In this document: positions 18,301 through 25,684 of the stretch, piece after piece
Layout of the letters: each line of letters begins with the position of its first letter
How positions within the stretch are numbered: position 1 is the stretch's first letter
Source of the DNA: Clostridia bacterium
GTDB taxonomy: Bacteria; Bacillota; Clostridia; Oscillospirales; CAG-272
Reading direction: 5' to 3'
Assembly (NCBI GenBank): GCA_017455945.1
Contig: JAFTLM010000039.1
Coordinates: 1-33,959 of the forward strand
Length of the DNA: 33,959 bases
The notes under the pieces: generated by a model
Databases searched by the model: none
Told to the model about the DNA's origin: nothing
Seen by the model: the letters and a program-made list of their open reading frames with translations, nothing else
Program-made: the position numbers and the translations under genes

Positions 18301-21300
18301 CCTTGTAAACGAGCACAGAGAGAGATTCTCGGTTACGGGTTCAACGGCAGTTAATGCCGAAGTAATATTCGACGAACGAGGAGACAAAACTCTCGTTACC
18401 TTCCTCGTTGACGGTGAAGTAGCATATTACGATAACGGAGAGGGACTTGTTTCGGCAAGCAACCTCTACATCGGCGGTGACGTTGTTCACGCACTTAAGA
18501 ACGGTGCCGTTCAGAAGTTGAGATTCTATAACGTCGGTGTAGGAGAAGATGCAGCCTTTGCCGATAATTCTACGGCTCTTGTTCAGGCTGTAGATACAGT
18601 TCCCGAAGCAGATGAAATCACTTGGGCAGATGAGCTTCGCGTTGACTTCTCCGAATATGAATCAATAGACGAGCTTCTTGCCGCATATAACGGACAGATT
18701 GAGGTTACGGGTGCCGTTACACTTGAAAACGGTCTCCTTCATATTCCCTCGGGTGGTAGCGTTCGTTGGATTGACTACAACGGTACCTTCATAAGCTACG
18801 GTGCATATGAGATGAATGCGGTGAACGGTCAGTACGTTAACGGATATACTATTGAGTTTATCGGTAACGTAAACGTTCCCTCAAAGCGAGGACTTCTTCA
18901 GCTTGACCGTTGCACACTTGTAGACGGCGAGTTGGTTTCGACTCTTCCGAGTATTGATAACTTTATTTGGGTTAATAAAAACGATGCCGGTACCCCCACT
19001 TTCCATCTGACGGGCGGTACAAATCAGTATTATCCCCTCAATCCCGTAGGCTCAGATACATATAACAATATTTCCATAACTCTCCCGAATTCCCGCTCCG
19101 AGGGTAACGTTTTTGTTGACGGACATCTTCTCGGTAGAGGTGCAATGACTAACTTCAACAATGATGCTTACTCTTCGGGAAAAATAACCAAGATAATTAT
19201 AAGCGGTGAGGCAGAACTTAAAGAGCTTCGTATTCACTGCGACGTTGAAAGAGAGCTTGCCAAGGAATCCGGCAATATCTTTACGTTTGACGTTGATGAT
19301 TTGTGTCTCAAATATGATACCAACACTTTAAGATGGACAAATAACGGTATAATGGACGGAGGTCTTTTGCTCAAGAAGACCGTCTCGACCCAGGAAACCT
19401 ACACCGATGCCGAAACAGGCGAGAGCTTCAAGTATTTCAAGGTAGCTCCCACTACCGCACTCGGAGGTCAGGATTTTTCCGAGATTTGGCTTAACGGCTA
19501 TCTTGAGGATAAGATAACCGTATTTGAGTACGATTTCAGATTTAAGCCCGGTGAGGGCGTTACAACCGACGCTGAAATGGCTGCCCTCAGAAGAGCGGAT
19601 GACAACAGTACAACAGCAATTTGGGACTTTCTGTTTGACCTTAAACCGAACGCAAATTACGAATTTATGAATAAGTTTGTCCTTTGCGATGCAGAGGGTA
19701 TACCTTTTGTTGCTTCGGCTGAAAACTGGAATAAGCTTGCTATTATTTATGACGCGAACGCAGGTCTTGTAAGCTACGTGCTTGACGGTAAGGTTCCTTA
19801 TTATATGGACGGCGAAGAGCTTAAGCTTGCACAGAATATTCAGCTTCCCGCTTCCCGTAATTACAGAATGGATTCTGCCGAGACCAAGCTCAGAACACTT
19901 GGTATGTTTGCAGGTTCTACTCACAGAGTTGACCTTGCGAAGCTTAATATCTACACCGTTGACGGTACTGCCAACGCAGGCTACGTCGGTGCACAGATAG
20001 ATACTACCGACAATAATATCCGTCTCACCGCAGGAGTTGATATGCTCTACTACGGACGCGTCGGATTTGACGTTGTGGCGATAGACTCCGAAGGAATCCA
20101 TCCCGTAAAATCCTACGACAGACCTTGGGTTTATTCTTCTATCAAGGAAACCGTAGACGGTAAAGAGCAGAACGTATACCCCGAAAGCTACGGTTACAGA
20201 TATTTCTACACTGCAAACATTATGGACGTTACCGAGGATGAGGCTGTAAAGCTTATCGTAACTCCTTATACGAAGATTAACGGTGTTAAGTACAGCTCCT
20301 CTACCACAGTTCTTGACGTTGATTTCTCCACCGGAACGGTCGACACCTGGACACTTGAGAAGCGTACCAACGAGTTTAAGCCCGAGGGTGACAACGTAAA
20401 CGCAAACTTCAGTATAACCGATATCGTTAAATATACCAACGACGGTGCACTTGAATTTAACGGACTTGACGCTAAGTTCGGCTTTGCCGCAGAGCTTGAT
20501 GCCTGCGTCGCAAGCGTAAATATTACCAACGCGTTCGGCGAAGTTGCAGAGAATACCGTCCTTGATATTTACGTAGATAACGTATTGGTAGAAGAGGGTC
20601 TTGCAGTGCCTTTCGGACACCATACTATCGACCTCGGTCAGTATATCACCGACTTTACTTCGGGCGAAACTTACGAGTTCGTAATCGTTAAACGCAGTGG
20701 CGGTGACTTCGTATGTATCAATAATATGAGCGTATGCGGTACACTTGCAACTCCTCCTGCAATCGCAAAGCAACGCGTTGTTGAGGTGGTTGTGGAAGCT
20801 CCCGAATCGGGTGCCGGTTATGGTCACGTGCGTGTATACGTTCCCACGTCAGACGGAAAATACTACATTAGATATAACTTTAACTATCTAAATTACGGAC
20901 TTGACACAAGAACCACCGATTCCGATGCCTCTAATGATCCTACTTATTCAAGTGGCGGCGGTAACACACATTGGAACTGCCATATGTACAGAATCATTGC
21001 CGCAGACCTTTGTGAAAAGGCTGGAAATTCTTATACCAAGAAGTTTGGATTGCTTCAGACAGGTGAGATTTCGGTTGCTATGAAAGAAGCTCTTAACGGC
21101 ACAAACGCCACAGACTTCTCGGGCGGATTCCACGGTGATGAAAACTTCGTTTCACTTAAGTTCCTTATTGACGGCGAAGAGCTTGACACAACAAAGTCGG
21201 GAACCTATACGGGCATAACTGCCGTAGAGTTCCTCCAGGAGTCTATCATCGACAGATGTAACGAGCCCGATACTCCTATTCTTTATCACAACCAGCACTT

Positions 21301-21883
21301 CTTGGTTGATACGAACGGACTTCGCATAGACCGTCATCTTGAGGTTCTTGCAGATAACTTCTCGCCTCATCACTCCAACGGTTATACGATGATGGCGACA
21401 GTTTACCGTATAGGTGAAGAGACTACAAAATTGGATAAGTCTTTGGTTGATGATGCCGATGCGGTTGCAGCAGCTGCTGAGACCTTCAACATCAAGACGC
21501 TGAAGGTTCTCAACGCAAACGGAGAGCTTGCTGATGACACGTCTACGTTTGATATGAGAGAGGCGGCGTACGTCTACTGGAACGGTGGCGAAACATCCAC
21601 ACAGTGTGCGGCCGATTCTTCGGCGGTTAACCGCTATGCGGAAAACACAGGCGATAAGGGTGTATATGCGAGAGTCGGTTTCGTAATCGGCGACGCAAGT
21701 ATGCAGCCCAAGACAGTGCGTGTTGACGTAAGACTTTCCCACGGTGACAACAAGTGGTACGCAGCTGTAGGTTCTTACAACACCTCAAATAACGGTGATA
21801 TCGTTCCTAAGGGTGAAAAGTGGAATCTCAGCACATACTACTTTGTAGATTACAATTCCGCAAATATCCCAACAGCAGAATAA
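15392..21883 (+). CDS. Giant secreted protein (2163 aa) made of repeated LamG/concanavalin-like jelly-roll modules plus a distinct C-terminal domain.
   Basis: RBS AGGAGA. Sec signal peptide MNAKKLLALLLTVVMLVSALPLGVFA|AEE. A recurring module signature (W..a.v.D......l.vDG.lv, e.g. IYIDGVLVAEG, LFVDGDLVAVNG, YLVNGEVAY, FLVDGEVAY, VFVDGHLLG, YVLDGKVPYY, IYVDNVLVEEG). It has its own promoter and terminator. Confidence 0.85.
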   Translation: MNAKKLLALLLTVVMLVSALPLGVFAAEETEPVTESTTETTAYESQDYYWKLDFNKATVSDTATTVFDAGKTDPAYNPYGFGLSGATNLTKAYVKKRAEGDNYVHVAYDIHQNSSWRGAQISVGKDGMSASVFNTISFEMDFRWQGYAYTTDEHTFTRGDIPLVQIRRYANNPYTFIMARERDNGDLNLYVNKMANANFITTIKKGAEKFTNIKVVYYDITQTYSIYIDGVLVAEGKTTSNDYRSDSYVTSTFEQYDMFNTSREQNPTSNPYITFQVMRLDYGTKNYVDGKCACGVTTKIIPPIQFDIDNLIVRNYDIKEGVTPYYENTFDATFSGLVDGAGGNAYTWHKLGSQYTTNDGTFCVSKGTYTGNTYVDVEPGGRFNLKDVYQFVQDGNYVIEFNARATSAGNNPLLRMHTGSDTQAWLTVDQDGYLYLSGIKTTAQITAHKDAEGNIINQDQWTKIALAVTVDKGGAAIGKISNYLDIKANDSLRYQLALFVDGDLVAVNGDVTRAEFLRSGSTGSNFKLLDDREVTKKAVTEEPAAATLATYTKLDYVRTINTDNKAYYYYDTATGDIYQLQYDADGVFVPGTVSEGVGTGSIWLDVTGTNHADVIGFFNNNDTSEKPGSNISGAVDNLKIYSGVIPLDYASTPSETTGVLAEVDFTKFTASTYSGRKGCVMGNYKGGDTGVALLGSWHSDKVTNNEGYSTYTMTANSETYFDIFTQNMGGKIFSVELTVRNLVPSANLCLFKLRRQESPTKSNYTSDLLYVTPDGDLYYTANSTNYFLCDKDGNRYNVGGETWMTPEAIVDETGTKALVTYLVNGEVAYSVPQGAATGTVPTMAALVEGVVSATVFGLRNAIDQRVRYVHTGGNSYFCTDIKNIKAEYTTLPEIVQQAQGYYEVEASEFGGGLYSAKIDLKNFDKGYDVKLLMPMRQVTVSTPTYSFETLYAEATTGYLFFKHDNGYKHYLVNEHRERFSVTGSTAVNAEVIFDERGDKTLVTFLVDGEVAYYDNGEGLVSASNLYIGGDVVHALKNGAVQKLRFYNVGVGEDAAFADNSTALVQAVDTVPEADEITWADELRVDFSEYESIDELLAAYNGQIEVTGAVTLENGLLHIPSGGSVRWIDYNGTFISYGAYEMNAVNGQYVNGYTIEFIGNVNVPSKRGLLQLDRCTLVDGELVSTLPSIDNFIWVNKNDAGTPTFHLTGGTNQYYPLNPVGSDTYNNISITLPNSRSEGNVFVDGHLLGRGAMTNFNNDAYSSGKITKIIISGEAELKELRIHCDVERELAKESGNIFTFDVDDLCLKYDTNTLRWTNNGIMDGGLLLKKTVSTQETYTDAETGESFKYFKVAPTTALGGQDFSEIWLNGYLEDKITVFEYDFRFKPGEGVTTDAEMAALRRADDNSTTAIWDFLFDLKPNANYEFMNKFVLCDAEGIPFVASAENWNKLAIIYDANAGLVSYVLDGKVPYYMDGEELKLAQNIQLPASRNYRMDSAETKLRTLGMFAGSTHRVDLAKLNIYTVDGTANAGYVGAQIDTTDNNIRLTAGVDMLYYGRVGFDVVAIDSEGIHPVKSYDRPWVYSSIKETVDGKEQNVYPESYGYRYFYTANIMDVTEDEAVKLIVTPYTKINGVKYSSSTTVLDVDFSTGTVDTWTLEKRTNEFKPEGDNVNANFSITDIVKYTNDGALEFNGLDAKFGFAAELDACVASVNITNAFGEVAENTVLDIYVDNVLVEEGLAVPFGHHTIDLGQYITDFTSGETYEFVIVKRSGGDFVCINNMSVCGTLATPPAIAKQRVVEVVVEAPESGAGYGHVRVYVPTSDGKYYIRYNFNYLNYGLDTRTTDSDASNDPTYSSGGGNTHWNCHMYRIIAADLCEKAGNSYTKKFGLLQTGEISVAMKEALNGTNATDFSGGFHGDENFVSLKFLIDGEELDTTKSGTYTGITAVEFLQESIIDRCNEPDTPILYHNQHFLVDTNGLRIDRHLEVLADNFSPHHSNGYTMMATVYRIGEETTKLDKSLVDDADAVAAAAETFNIKTLKVLNANGELADDTSTFDMREAAYVYWNGGETSTQCAADSSAVNRYAENTGDKGVYARVGFVIGDASMQPKTVRVDVRLSHGDNKWYAAVGSYNTSNNGDIVPKGEKWNLSTYYFVDYNSANIPTAE

Positions 21884-21888
21884 AATTT

Positions 21889-21920
21889 CAGGGGCTGATT
21901 TAATCAGCCCCTGTCTTTTT
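21889..21920. terminator. Bidirectional terminator between the giant gene and murE.
   Basis: CAGGGGCTGATT / AATCAGCCCCTG inverted repeat followed by TCTTTTT. It sits between the two convergent stop codons. Confidence 0.85.
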
Positions 21921-23403
21921 ATATTTTTTGTTCTGCAAGCCGCCCGCAGGCTTCAAGCAATATTTTTTTCTCTGAAAATGGAAGCTTTTCGCCGCATATA
22001 AGCTGGTAATTTTCGTGTCCCTTTCCCGCAAAAAGGAATATATCTCCTTCTCTTGCCATCGAAACGGCGTATTCAATAGCCTTGGCTCTGTCCGGAATTT
22101 TGACGTAATTATCCTTGCCCGAGAATTGACTTTCGATGTCGGAAAGAATGTTGTCGGGGTCCTCAAAATCGGGGTTGTCCGACGTGAGAATAGAGAAGTC
22201 GGCAAGAGCCGCCGCCGTCCGCCCAAGCTCTGTACGGCGTCCTTTCGTGCGTCCTCCGACAGAGCCGAAAAGGCAGATAAGCCGTTTGGGTTCATAGGCT
22301 CTCAGCGTCTCAAGAGCGGAAGTCAGGCTCACCTCGTTGTGTGCGTAATCAATTATAAATGTAGCGTAGGGAAGTGCCTCCACGGTTTCAAAACGCCCCT
22401 TTATCTGTGCTTTTGAAATTGCCTCGCAAACAGCTTCAAGCCCAACTCCGCATTCGCGGCATACCGCAATGGCGGCAAGAGCGTTGTATACGCTGAATTT
22501 TCCGGGGAGAGGGAGCCTGGTACCGTACCTGTTGCCCTCGTTTGTAAATGTAAAGGATATTCCCAGCCCGTGGGGCTCTCTGTATTTTTCAAGCTCCGTT
22601 GCCCTGTAGTCGGATTCGCTGTATATGGAATATCCAAGCTTTTTTGCACCCTGTGCGGCTGTTGCCATTTCTTCGCCGTATCCGTCGTCGGTGTTGTATA
22701 TCATCAGCTTTGCCCCATAATCGGAGAAAAGTGCCTTTTTGCAATCCTTGTAGTGCTCAAACGTGGGGTGCTCGTTGCCTCCGATGTGGTCGGGTGAAAG
22801 ATTTGTGTATACGCAAGCGTCAAACTTAATACCCCAAACTCTGTCCATATAAAGTGCCTGGGATGATACCTCCATTGCAAGATATTTTACGCCCGCCAGC
22901 CTCATTTCACGCATAAACTGATGCAGGTCGTAGCTTTCCGGGGTGGTGTTTGAGGTTTCATAATGGAAATCTCCGAAGTCAACTCCGTTTGAACCGATGT
23001 AACCGCATTTAAGCCCACAAGCGTTCATAATGCTGTAAACCGTCAGTGCGGTAGTGGTCTTTCCCTTTGTTCCTGTAATTCCGATGACGTAAAGCTCGTC
23101 CGCGGGATAACCGAAAAATGCGGCGGACATAAGAGCCAAAGCTTTTCGTGAGTTTTGAGTTATAAATACAACCGTATCGTCGGGGAGGTCAAGAGAGTGC
23201 TCGGCAACAAAATATCTGCAACCTCTTTCATATGCCGAACTTGCAAACCTGTGCCCGTCGGCAATGGCACCTTTTATGCACACAAACAGAGCCCCCTCGT
23301 GGGTGCGGCGTGAGTCGTGGCAAAGCTCCTCTATATCAAAATCTCCGTCAAAAAATGACGACGGTGTGTATTCTATTGGCGATAAAAGCTCTTTTAACTT
23401 CAT
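21919..23403 (-). CDS. murE: UDP-N-acetylmuramoyl-L-alanyl-D-glutamate--(diamino acid) ligase MurE.
   Basis: Mur ligase P-loop GITGTKGKTTT, TNLSPDHIG, and a C-terminal domain containing SDNPDFEDP. 494 aa. The GGAGG RBS lies inside the end of the upstream ORF. Confidence 0.9.
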   Translation of the reverse strand: MKLKELLSPIEYTPSSFFDGDFDIEELCHDSRRTHEGALFVCIKGAIADGHRFASSAYERGCRYFVAEHSLDLPDDTVVFITQNSRKALALMSAAFFGYPADELYVIGITGTKGKTTTALTVYSIMNACGLKCGYIGSNGVDFGDFHYETSNTTPESYDLHQFMREMRLAGVKYLAMEVSSQALYMDRVWGIKFDACVYTNLSPDHIGGNEHPTFEHYKDCKKALFSDYGAKLMIYNTDDGYGEEMATAAQGAKKLGYSIYSESDYRATELEKYREPHGLGISFTFTNEGNRYGTRLPLPGKFSVYNALAAIAVCRECGVGLEAVCEAISKAQIKGRFETVEALPYATFIIDYAHNEVSLTSALETLRAYEPKRLICLFGSVGGRTKGRRTELGRTAAALADFSILTSDNPDFEDPDNILSDIESQFSGKDNYVKIPDRAKAIEYAVSMAREGDIFLFAGKGHENYQLICGEKLPFSEKKILLEACGRLAEQKI

Positions 23404-23405
23404 TT

Positions 23406-23747
23406 TCAGTTGTCCTCCGCCTTTTTTATCAGATAAAAATTTTCAAGAACGTCTCGGTTTCTGCCTATAAACTTTTCAAATTGCCCGGTGTATAAAAGAA
23501 CGCATTTTTTTGCTTCAAATGCGAGTGCGTGCCGTTTTAAAGTCTCCGTCAAAACACCGTCTGGGCACTCGGACGTTATGCAGCAAAAGCGGGCAAGCCC
23601 CAAAAACTTTGATACAAAATGAGACTTCGAAGTGTAAACAGTGGGAGTCGGTTTCTTTTTTAATTTGAACCGTATAAGGTAAGAAAAATGTTTTTTCGGA
23701 AGTCCCAACATTATGTATTCAAAATAAAATCTTTCTGTTTGGTACAT
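23406..23747 (-). CDS. Hypothetical 113-aa protein, translationally coupled upstream of murE.
   Basis: RBS GGAG lies 8 nt before the ATG. Its stop TGA is 2 nt before the murE ATG. I recognise no family. It contains a CC..C cluster (FCCITSECPDG). Confidence 0.5.
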   Translation of the reverse strand: MYQTERFYFEYIMLGLPKKHFSYLIRFKLKKKPTPTVYTSKSHFVSKFLGLARFCCITSECPDGVLTETLKRHALAFEAKKCVLLYTGQFEKFIGRNRDVLENFYLIKKAEDN

Positions 23748-23781
23748 ACTATTCGCTCCATTCGGAAATGCTATCTATCAT

Positions 23782-23790
23782 ATTATAGCA
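23782..23790 (-). promoter_or_regulatory. Candidate extended -10 (TGCTATAAT on the minus strand) for the small-ORF/murE unit.
   Basis: The minus strand reads TTATGCTATAATATG about 35 nt upstream of the ATG at 23747. The -35 is poor (CTGTAA). Confidence 0.35.
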
Positions 23791-23989
23791 TAAAAACAGC
23801 GTTTTTACAGCAAAAAATAAATAAATTTTTGATTTTTGGCGAAAAATAAGCCCCTTTAAATCAAAATGTACATTATTTGCAATAAAAAAGGCAATTATAT
23901 GCAATTTCTTTGCTATTATGATGTTGTATAATAAAATCAGTATAATATATATCTATGCCCAAAGAAGGCGTAGAGGAAAAGAGGTAAAA

Positions 23990-24817
23990 ATGGCTAATAA
24001 AGTATGTGTAATCACAGGCGCAGGCGGCGTGCTTTGCTCTTCTTTCGCAAAAGAGATGGCTAAGAACGGCTATTCTGTAGCACTTCTCGACCTTAATCTT
24101 GATGCAGCTCAGGCAGTTGCTGATGAGATTGTTAAGGACGGCGGCGTTGCAAAGGCTTACAAGACAAACGTTCTTGACAAGGCGGTTGTTGAAGAGGTTC
24201 ACGAGGCAGTTCTTGCAGACCTCGGCAAGTGCACAGTTCTTATCAACGGTGCAGGCGGAAACAATCCCCGTGCAACTACCGACCACGAAATGTTCGAGGA
24301 AGGTGACGACACCCGTGAGGACATCAAGACATTCTTCAACCTTGATAAATCGGGATTTGAATTTGTTTTCAACCTTAACATTATGGGAACACTCCTTCCC
24401 ACCCAGGTTTTTGCAAAGGATATGATTGGCGAAGAGGGATGCTCTATTCTTAACATTTCTTCTATGAACGCTTTCACCCCCCTTACAAAGATTCCCGCAT
24501 ACAGTGCTGCTAAGGCAGGCGTTTCCAACTTCACACAGTGGCTTGCTGTTCACTTTGCTGAGACAGGCATCCGTGTAAACGCTATCGCTCCCGGTTTCTT
24601 CGTAACAGCACAGAATAAGGCTCTTCTCTTCAATGAGGATGGCACCCCCACACCCAGAACAGGTAAGATCCTTCGTTCTACTCCTATGAACAGATTCGGT
24701 GAGGCTGAAGAGCTTCTCGGCGCGCTTCGTTTCTTCGTAAATCCCAAGGAGTCGGGCTTTGTAACAGGTGTTGTTCTTCCCGTTGACGGCGGCTTCTCCG
24801 CATACTCGGGCGTATAA
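23990..24817 (+). CDS. Short-chain dehydrogenase/reductase (SDR), UxuB-like sugar-acid/keto-sugar reductase type.
   Basis: The ATG at 23990 is preceded by GAGGAAAAGAGG, and I prefer it to the AT-rich extension from 23918. Motifs VITGAGGVLC, catalytic S...YSAAKAG, and PGFF. Confidence 0.85.
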   Translation: MANKVCVITGAGGVLCSSFAKEMAKNGYSVALLDLNLDAAQAVADEIVKDGGVAKAYKTNVLDKAVVEEVHEAVLADLGKCTVLINGAGGNNPRATTDHEMFEEGDDTREDIKTFFNLDKSGFEFVFNLNIMGTLLPTQVFAKDMIGEEGCSILNISSMNAFTPLTKIPAYSAAKAGVSNFTQWLAVHFAETGIRVNAIAPGFFVTAQNKALLFNEDGTPTPRTGKILRSTPMNRFGEAEELLGALRFFVNPKESGFVTGVVLPVDGGFSAYSGV

Positions 24818-24837
24818 TTTTAACGGAGGAAAAAACA

Positions 24838-25680
24838 ATGGCAGATATTAAGCTTTGCGCATTTGCCGACGAAGCAGGCGATAGCCTTGCGGAACAGATA
24901 AAGGCAATGCAGGAAAACGGTATCGGACTTCTTGAACTCCGTACCATTGATAAAAAGAACGTAACCAAGTTCACAAACGACGAGGTTAAGGAATACAAGA
25001 AGCAGCTTGACGATGCAGGCATTAAGGTATGGTCCATCGGTTCTCCTATCGGTAAGGTTCAGATCTCTGCTGATTTCAATATTGATCTTGATCTTTGTAA
25101 GAGAACTGTTGAGATCGCAGATATGTTCGGTGCAAAGAGCATCCGTATGTTCAGCTTCTACGGCACCAATGGCGAGGCACAGTACCGTGACACCGTTATG
25201 GAGCGTCTTGCAAAGTACGTTGAGACAACAAAGGGGACAGACGTAACTCTTTGCCACGAAAACGAAAAGGGCATCTACGGCGACATCGCCGCACGTTGCC
25301 TTGAGATACATCAGAACATTCCCGAGCTTAAGTGCGTTTTTGACCCTGCCAACTATGTTCAGTGCGGCCAGGATACACTTGAGGCATGGGCAATGCTTGA
25401 ACCCTACGTGTTTTACGGACACATCAAGGATTCTCTCGCTGACGGAAGCATAGTTCCTCCCGGCAAGGGCATCGGTCACATAGCAGAGTACCTTCCCAAG
25501 TTTGCGGCAAAGGGGTGCCAGGTTCTTACCCTTGAGCCTCACCTTAAGGTGTTCAGTGCTCTTAAGGACCTTGAAACTCCCGGCGACGAGAGTAAGGTTG
25601 GTCTTTACCACTTTGAAACCAAGCGCGATGCTTTCGATTGCGCTGTAAATTCACTTAAAGAAATTATAAAGGAGCTATAA
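24838..25680 (+). CDS. Sugar phosphate isomerase/epimerase family protein (xylose-isomerase-like TIM barrel).
   Basis: RBS GGAGGA. Metal-ligand-like motifs CHENE, FDPANY, GHIKD and LEPH, in the spacing typical of AP_endonuc_2 / IolI / YcjR-type barrels. Confidence 0.75.
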   Translation: MADIKLCAFADEAGDSLAEQIKAMQENGIGLLELRTIDKKNVTKFTNDEVKEYKKQLDDAGIKVWSIGSPIGKVQISADFNIDLDLCKRTVEIADMFGAKSIRMFSFYGTNGEAQYRDTVMERLAKYVETTKGTDVTLCHENEKGIYGDIAARCLEIHQNIPELKCVFDPANYVQCGQDTLEAWAMLEPYVFYGHIKDSLADGSIVPPGKGIGHIAEYLPKFAAKGCQVLTLEPHLKVFSALKDLETPGDESKVGLYHFETKRDAFDCAVNSLKEIIKEL

Positions 25681-25684
25681 GAAT

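Noticed and set aside
19328-20827. A 499-aa antisense ORF inside the giant gene, plus other antisense ORFs at 15656-16453, 16691-17224, 17687-18316 and 21152-21742.
   Set aside because: These are shadow ORFs of a long, codon-biased sense gene. Their translations are Cys/Val/Lys-rich with no recognisable motifs or translation signals.
15392-21883. The giant protein as a cellulosomal, sortase-anchored or S-layer component.
   Set aside because: Reading the translation, I found no paired dockerin calcium-binding loops, cohesin-like modules, C-terminal LPXTG plus hydrophobic tail, or SLH repeats. The C-terminus ends in the polar ...NSANIPTAE. The absence is by eye only and should be confirmed with profile searches.
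23918-23989. A 24-codon N-terminal extension of the SDR gene (MMLYNKISIIYIYAQRRRRGKEVK).
   Set aside because: The extension lies in AT-rich promoter-like DNA. The ATG at 23990 has a strong purine-rich RBS and places the TGAGG nucleotide-binding motif at the usual distance from the N-terminus.
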